64,000 nucleotides of DNA. Source: Candidatus Levyibacteriota bacterium (lineage in GTDB: Bacteria > Patescibacteriota > Microgenomatia > Levybacterales > UBA12049). Below the pieces are notes generated by a model. That model worked only from the letters and a program-made list of their open reading frames with translations, was not told where the DNA came from and ran no database searches. Both the position numbers and the translations under genes were made by a program. Shown in pieces: positions 58,579 to 64,000 of the stretch (its first letter is position 1; every line of letters begins with the position of its first letter). The stretch spans positions 6,899 through 70,898 of the forward strand of contig PLZJ01000003.1 of assembly GCA_003152105.1 (NCBI GenBank), in the 5' to 3' direction.

Positions 58579-59463
58579 TTATTTTTCATTAAGCGGTCCA
58601 AGTGGTAACGTATTACTTGGATCATCTATAAAAAAATATAGTACCGGACCTTTATCTGATCCATCAACTCGATCTAAATAATACATTAATTCTGGTGAAC
58701 CACCAAGTTGTTTTCCTGTCCAAGGAGCGGGTCCTGAATCACCGATTACTGACACAACTGCTTTTCCATTTTGCGGATTTACAACAAGCATTTTCCTCCA
58801 TTTAAAAAAAGCATTATATTGTGCGGTATTTTCATTATACCCAGGTGAGAGGAAAGTGGGAACAGCAATATACCATTTTTCTCTATCACTATCAATTTGC
58901 GTCATGTCAGCCTCATCACTTGCAAAATATCCCCAGGCAGAAAGTCCTGGCGCCATGCCACTTGCTCCATACGTATCCATATCTTCTTGACTTGAAAAAT
59001 GCGTAGCAACACTGTCCCCTGGATATCTTGCTAAATGTTGCTCAGCGCCAATATAGCCGTAATTTTGATTGAGTCGAATACCTTGCATCTGAGCTTGAAC
59101 CGACACATTATAATCTCGACTTATTACATGTATTACTTCATTTTCTTGACTTTGCGATAACGGCGAAACTGTTGAAGGAAGTACATGGGAAAGATCAGAG
59201 ATGATAAAGACATTTTTAGCAATTGCGCCAAGTGTTGCGTTTTGTGAAACGTTTGTTTCTTGGGGGTGAGGTGCTGCTGATATTGGTGTCACAAGAAGTA
59301 AAAATGCGCCAATTGTTGACACTGTAGAGTGTTTAATTTTTGACTGTGCATAAGAGAGTGCGTCAAAATGTCTTTCCCAAAGAGATTTTTGAATTGCCCT
59401 ATTCTTATCAACCCATTTATCTTTTAACGAGTCATAACTTGTTGCAAGGTTTTGCGATGACAT
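58579..59463 (-). CDS. Membrane-anchored protein with RlpA-like double-psi beta-barrel
   Basis: MLVVNPQNGKAVVSVIGDSGP matches the RlpA/DPBB V.N..NG..V.V...D.GP motif. Confidence 0.6.
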   Translation of the reverse strand: MSSQNLATSYDSLKDKWVDKNRAIQKSLWERHFDALSYAQSKIKHSTVSTIGAFLLLVTPISAAPHPQETNVSQNATLGAIAKNVFIISDLSHVLPSTVSPLSQSQENEVIHVISRDYNVSVQAQMQGIRLNQNYGYIGAEQHLARYPGDSVATHFSSQEDMDTYGASGMAPGLSAWGYFASDEADMTQIDSDREKWYIAVPTFLSPGYNENTAQYNAFFKWRKMLVVNPQNGKAVVSVIGDSGPAPWTGKQLGGSPELMYYLDRVDGSDKGPVLYFFIDDPSNTLPLGPLNEK

Positions 59464-59793
59464 ACTCTTGTATTATTATAAATTAAATTCATTTCGTCTA
59501 TATGTAATTACAAAAGTGAAAACAAGTAGTTTTATTAGTTTTGTTTTTTTGTTTTTACATTTTTACCTCATCTATATCGAATATATGTTGGTAAAAATTT
59601 TGGTTTTTACTGTAATAATTGGATAAATACCACTTGACGACGTATTTTTTTTCTATTATGCTTGAGGTGTGTTGCTGCCAGTTGTAAAAACATAGCACTA
59701 TGATTTTACTCTCGGATTGTTTTCTACATCTTGCCTACTGCTCCCCGAAATTAAAAACACAACATATGAAATCACGAAAGGAGGTGAAAATAT

Positions 59794-60006
59794 ATGAATA
59801 AAAATACAATGTGGATAGTTGTCGTTATTGCACTTTTAATAGGTGCCTACATAGGATATGCATATGAAAAACCTAAATTAACAGCAAGCATGATGATGAG
59901 CGCAGACTTACAAAACCAATTAAATACAGCAAAAGGTGAAAATGCAAAATTAATGAAGAGTAATGCACAAGTATCAGTAACACCATCAACAGCACCAACT
60001 CAGTAA
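59794..60006 (+). CDS. Small membrane-anchored coiled-coil protein
   Basis: Strong SD AAAGGAGGTGA; TM helix followed by coiled coil. Confidence 0.75.
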   Translation: MNKNTMWIVVVIALLIGAYIGYAYEKPKLTASMMMSADLQNQLNTAKGENAKLMKSNAQVSVTPSTAPTQ

Positions 60007-60063
60007 AATAGGTTTTTAAACTAGCAGTATCATTGCACATAGGATGTATAATAGGATTGTGGT

Positions 60064-60612
60064 ATGAAAAAGTACATTGTTGTGGTCGTACTTATTGTTG
60101 TTATCATCATTTTCCTTCTTATTGCAAGATTTAGTAGTGTGGCAAAAACCACAACACTCTCACAAGTTCCCGGCCCTTCGGGTTCTGGACAGGTTATTGC
60201 TGGCTCTTTTGACACAAGTAAATTTAAATCAGATTTGCAGTGGAAAAAAATACTCACACCATTTCAGTTTCAAATACTGCGTCAGGCAGGAACAGAAGTA
60301 CCGTTTACAGGCAGTCTTGACTATGAAAAACGAACAGGCACCTATTATAGTATAGGGTGCAATGAAGCAGTATTCTCATCAGCTCAAAAATATGATTCAG
60401 GCACAGGATGGCCAAGTTTCTGGAATCCTATTCAAAGCAATGCCTTAGTACTTCGCACAGATAATAGCATACCCGCAGAACCGAGAGTAGAGGTTTTGGA
60501 TAAATGCGGAAATCACTTAGGGCATGTATTTGACGATGGGCCACCGCCAACGGGAAAAAGATATTGTATTAATTCTTCGGCACTTCGATTTGTTCCTTCA
60601 AATTCACTATAG
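60064..60612 (+). CDS. msrB: Peptide methionine sulfoxide reductase B, exported/membrane-anchored
   Basis: GTEVPFTG, KYDSGTGWPSF, HLGHVFDDGP and RYCINS; N-terminal TM. Confidence 0.95.
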   Translation: MKKYIVVVVLIVVIIIFLLIARFSSVAKTTTLSQVPGPSGSGQVIAGSFDTSKFKSDLQWKKILTPFQFQILRQAGTEVPFTGSLDYEKRTGTYYSIGCNEAVFSSAQKYDSGTGWPSFWNPIQSNALVLRTDNSIPAEPRVEVLDKCGNHLGHVFDDGPPPTGKRYCINSSALRFVPSNSL

Positions 60613-60619
60613 CGCCCTA

Positions 60620-61009
60620 TTATTCTTTAATAACTTTGGGAAGTGGCGTAGCTATTGGAATAAAACGCATAGACATTGAATTAACACAATGTCTTGTGTC
60701 TTTATCGGTAAAATGTTCTCCTTCAAATACATGTCCTAAATGAGCATTGCAATTCTGACAGAGGATCTCAGTACGATTACCATCTGCATCTGTAACTCGT
60801 TTTACAGCACCGGGGAAATCATCATCAAATGTAGGCCAGCCGCATCCTGCATCAAATTTACTTTTTGAAGAATAAAGTGGCGCATTACAACTTTTGCAAA
60901 TATACGTTCCTTCTTCATAAAAATTATCATATTCACCGGAAAAAGGAATTTCTGTTCCTTTTCTCATAATAATACGCTCTTCTTCTTTGGTAAGTTTATT
61001 AAACTGCAT
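60620..61009 (-). CDS. msrB: Methionine-R-sulfoxide reductase B, cytoplasmic, Zn-binding
   Basis: KGTE.PFSG, CKSC, KFDAGCGWPTF, CQNC, HLGHVF and RHCVNS. Confidence 0.95.
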   Translation of the reverse strand: MQFNKLTKEEERIIMRKGTEIPFSGEYDNFYEEGTYICKSCNAPLYSSKSKFDAGCGWPTFDDDFPGAVKRVTDADGNRTEILCQNCNAHLGHVFEGEHFTDKDTRHCVNSMSMRFIPIATPLPKVIKE

Positions 61010-61153
61010 AGCAAGAGTATATCGCATTGAGAAAATTGACGCAAAGAAATTGCTATTTGTTTTTCATTTCTTACGTAGTCCTTACATAATTCATATTCAC
61101 TCCTAACTCATCTGATATATGGTATAGTAGGTACAAGAGAGGGAGGTGAACAA

Positions 61154-61483
61154 ATGAATATGCTAAAACATGAACCAAAAAAGAAAAGCGGCGTAAGTCC
61201 TGCTGCTGCAGTAGTAACAGGAGTAGTAGTCGGTGCTGCTTTTGTAGGAGCACGAGAAGTGCTTAAAAACAAAAAGAATCGGGCAAAACTTAAGCATGCA
61301 TTGCATTCTGCCAAAAACCAGGCACTAGATTATATATCTACGTTACCTGATAAAACCGAACAAGCCAGAGAACAAATGGCAAAAGTGGTAAAAACTGCAT
61401 CAGACACAATGAATGCTAATTCAAAGGCAAAAAAAGTTGCTCCTAAAAGAAAAACAGTGAAAAAAACTGTTGCAGCAAAATAA
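61154..61483 (+). CDS. YtxH-like small protein with Lys/Ala-rich tail
   Basis: GVVVGAAFVGA hydrophobic segment then KKNRAKLK; SD GGAGGTGA. Confidence 0.6.
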   Translation: MNMLKHEPKKKSGVSPAAAVVTGVVVGAAFVGAREVLKNKKNRAKLKHALHSAKNQALDYISTLPDKTEQAREQMAKVVKTASDTMNANSKAKKVAPKRKTVKKTVAAK

Positions 61484-61539
61484 CCGAACATACAGTTCTT
61501 CACTTGACAGATAAATAGCACGTGTGAGATAGTTGTTGT

Positions 61540-63159
61540 ATGGAAGAGTTGGAAAACTCAGGTGAAGAAATAGATTCAAGAGGTTTTTTAAAACAGCTTT
61601 GGTTTGATATTAAAAAAAGCAAACCGTCACAAAAAATTTCACTTCTTTCACTTCTTTTAGCAGTTGTAGCACTACCAGTTGTAATTGGCGTTACAACAAA
61701 TAGTAGTAATACCGTAACCTATCAGCAACATGCTGCAAGCAATATTTCTCCAACACCTTCATTTGGTCAACTTGGCATAATCTATTCACCTTCCCAGATT
61801 AAAATAACTGTTACTTCTGGTGGATCATCCCAAATTGCCCTCTCACTTATTAAAACATCTCCAAATACAACAACCTATACGCTTTCCATTACTAATCTAA
61901 AAGATGAGACTGGTCGGCAAATTAATGCCTCATCATATTTTGTCTTTCCCTCTTCAGGAACACTCGCAGTTACAAATATTCCACTACTTCTCTCTGCAAA
62001 AAGTACTACACCAGGTGGCACCTATACAGGAGTGGTAATTCTCACAAATCCAGCAAATAACTTATTTGTACAAATTCCTATATCAATAACTGTTACCACA
62101 CCACTTGGTATTTCTTATTCTCCTGCCTCATATACCGCAACTATTATGCCAAATGGTCCTCCTGTAAATGCAATGCAAATACAACTGCAAGCTCCAAATC
62201 CAAATGGAGAGTATTGTTTCTCTGTTTACAATTTTAAAGATCCAAATGGAAAAGCTATTGCAATTCCAGGCTACTTCTTTCCAAATACTGGCGTTTGTGG
62301 AGGAATAAGCACTCAACTTCAACCACTTGATATCTATGCAGAAGATGGTACGCCACTTGGTGTATATAAAGGAACAGGAAGACTTACCAATACTACCTCA
62401 AATACTTCCTCTTCTCCTTATGTTGAATTTCCCGTAACACTAGATGTTGTAGTAAATCCAAATGAACTTGGTATTTCTTATTCGCCAAAAAGTTTTTCTG
62501 CAACAGTTGTTGCAGGGGGAGCACCAGTTAGCGGTATGAATATACGATCGACAGGAGCAAGCGGTTTTCAATTTGAAGCAACAACGCTTAAAAATCCAAG
62601 TGGTGTTGCTATTTTCCCACAAACATATTTTGAAGGATTTGGAGTAACCGGCGGCTTATCAAACACAACAGGCGGTTTATTTGTAAATGCATACATAAAT
62701 ACACCTCCTGGCGTATATACAGGAACTGGAAAACTCATAAATGGAGAAAATAGTGCATATTATGCAACATTCCCTATTTCAGTAACTGTTCTACCACCAG
62801 CAGAGACGCCAACACCAACTACCTCACCACTTGGTATTACTATAACACCTTTACATCCTCAGGTAACTATCGTTTCAGGCGGACAACCAGTAACACTATT
62901 TTCCATGCATTCAACTGGCGCAACGCAATTTGGATTTCATATGCAGTTTCAAACGCCAGTTCCGGGTTTAAATAATTACGGCTCAAATGGAGGACTGATT
63001 AATGGGGAAACAACAACAGATTCAGACTATGCCTATGCAAATACACCTGCTGGAACATATAGCGGAACTGGATCACTTACGTCAAATCTCTCAAGCACAC
63101 CACTTACATTTCCAATAACTATTACAGTTATAACGCCGACTCCTACACCAACTCCATAA
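61540..63159 (+). CDS. Membrane-anchored surface protein with four tandem Ig-like repeats
   Basis: Repeats begin LGI.YSP / LGITITP and end TP.G.Y.G.G.L.N....FPI..TV; Pro/Thr tail. Confidence 0.8.
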   Translation: MEELENSGEEIDSRGFLKQLWFDIKKSKPSQKISLLSLLLAVVALPVVIGVTTNSSNTVTYQQHAASNISPTPSFGQLGIIYSPSQIKITVTSGGSSQIALSLIKTSPNTTTYTLSITNLKDETGRQINASSYFVFPSSGTLAVTNIPLLLSAKSTTPGGTYTGVVILTNPANNLFVQIPISITVTTPLGISYSPASYTATIMPNGPPVNAMQIQLQAPNPNGEYCFSVYNFKDPNGKAIAIPGYFFPNTGVCGGISTQLQPLDIYAEDGTPLGVYKGTGRLTNTTSNTSSSPYVEFPVTLDVVVNPNELGISYSPKSFSATVVAGGAPVSGMNIRSTGASGFQFEATTLKNPSGVAIFPQTYFEGFGVTGGLSNTTGGLFVNAYINTPPGVYTGTGKLINGENSAYYATFPISVTVLPPAETPTPTTSPLGITITPLHPQVTIVSGGQPVTLFSMHSTGATQFGFHMQFQTPVPGLNNYGSNGGLINGETTTDSDYAYANTPAGTYSGTGSLTSNLSSTPLTFPITITVITPTPTPTP

Positions 63160-63181
63160 ATAATCTAAGATGTAGCTCTAT

Positions 63182-63811
63182 TTAACTATTTCGAAGTCTT
63201 ATAGAAGAGGGAAGATCTATGAAACGTGTGAATTTTACATCTGTTAATCCAGATTCATTTCTTCCAATTTCATACACTCTTGCTTTTATGGGTTGCAACG
63301 TATTTGGGTCTGAAAGATTAGGATCAAATCCAATTGCAACTCTATCTACTTCTCCAATTTCTACTCCTATTACGGGGTATTTAAAAAGCTGTTGACCGCC
63401 CGTATATGAATACGTACGATCAACTAATCCTCCTTTTTGTCCAAGTGGAAGCTCTTGCCACGAAGCAATTCTGAAAACACCTGACTGTGAACTAGAAAAT
63501 TGTGTTTGTAAACTTGTGCCATCATATTCACCGTTTAAGTAAAAAGAAATGGTGTTTCCTGTAGCTTTTTGGTAAGGCACATCAGTAACTGATCCATCTG
63601 GAGCATAACCAATTACATGTGGCCTATCTGCTTTCAACAATAACTCTTGTTGTCTTGTAAGTGACGGGCTTACTTCTTCTTTATATATATCCTGTGCGGT
63701 AAGTGTACCAATAACTCCAGCTACGATTCCTACACCAACTTTGAGAAAATCTGCTCTATTTATCTTTTTTTGAAATATTCCTTCTCCGAAACCTCCTGGC
63801 GTCTCTTTCAT
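63182..63811 (-). CDS. Hypothetical membrane-anchored protein
   Basis: INRADFLK followed by a hydrophobic helix (degenerate Tat-like signal). Confidence 0.65.
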   Translation of the reverse strand: MKETPGGFGEGIFQKKINRADFLKVGVGIVAGVIGTLTAQDIYKEEVSPSLTRQQELLLKADRPHVIGYAPDGSVTDVPYQKATGNTISFYLNGEYDGTSLQTQFSSSQSGVFRIASWQELPLGQKGGLVDRTYSYTGGQQLFKYPVIGVEIGEVDRVAIGFDPNLSDPNTLQPIKARVYEIGRNESGLTDVKFTRFIDLPSSIRLRNS

Positions 63812-63879
63812 AACTTAGGAAGAATAACAAACGAAGATACGTAAGTCAATAATAGAAACAAAAGTAGTAGAAAAATCTG

Positions 63880-63999
63880 CTATTTCTTCGCAAGGGTAAA
63901 TATTTTCTCTGCAGTTTCAACAATAACTTGCGTATCTAGTTCTTTAATAACATCATTTAGCTCACTTTCACCTGCTATTCCTTGAAGTTCTGCGCGAAT
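63880..63999 (-). CDS. 3' end of a CDS that starts beyond the window
   Basis: Open frame IRAELQGIAGESELNDVIKELDTQVIVETAEKIFTLAKK* running off the right edge. Confidence 0.55.
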   Translation of the reverse strand: MRAELQGIAGESELNDVIKELDTQVIVETAEKIFTLAKK

Positions 64000-64000
64000 A

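Noticed and set aside
63720-63811. Tat signal peptide
   Set aside because: The motif is NRADFLK with only one arginine, and no tat genes are present in the window.

Overview
AT-rich bacterial chromosome segment. The gene content points to a Patescibacteria/CPR (Microgenomates-like) organism: a type IV pilus locus with no secretin in the window, trimmed trigger factor and PheT, mostly leaderless genes, and a DUF5660-like gene. This placement is inference from gene content only. Housekeeping blocks are thrS-infC-rpmI-rplT-pheS-pheT, a class A PBP, tyrS, recG, rpmF-nusB-rnc-rpsP-khpA-trmD, a pil cluster, gyrB-ppa-gyrA-folD and two msrB. There are five tRNAs and a set of membrane-anchored glycoside-hydrolase/Ig-like surface proteins that share an N-terminal anchor motif. 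The most striking signal is non-coding. A GC-richer two-gene cassette (8290-9566) has a consensus promoter, a structured 5' RNA motif, extensive pairing between its 5' and 3' ends, strongly folded coding sequence, and a canonical hammerhead ribozyme predicted to cleave 6 nt after the closing stem. A second cassette with unrelated cargo (21469-22601, minus strand) carries the same 5' motif with compensatory base changes and also has 5'/3' closing stems. Together they suggest an undescribed family of end-paired, possibly circularised mRNA cassettes. Also found: a small island at tRNA-Leu(GAG) with an HTH gene, a putative nuclease toxin and a convergent ~70-nt sRNA. All RNA structures were derived by eye and need computational and experimental confirmation.
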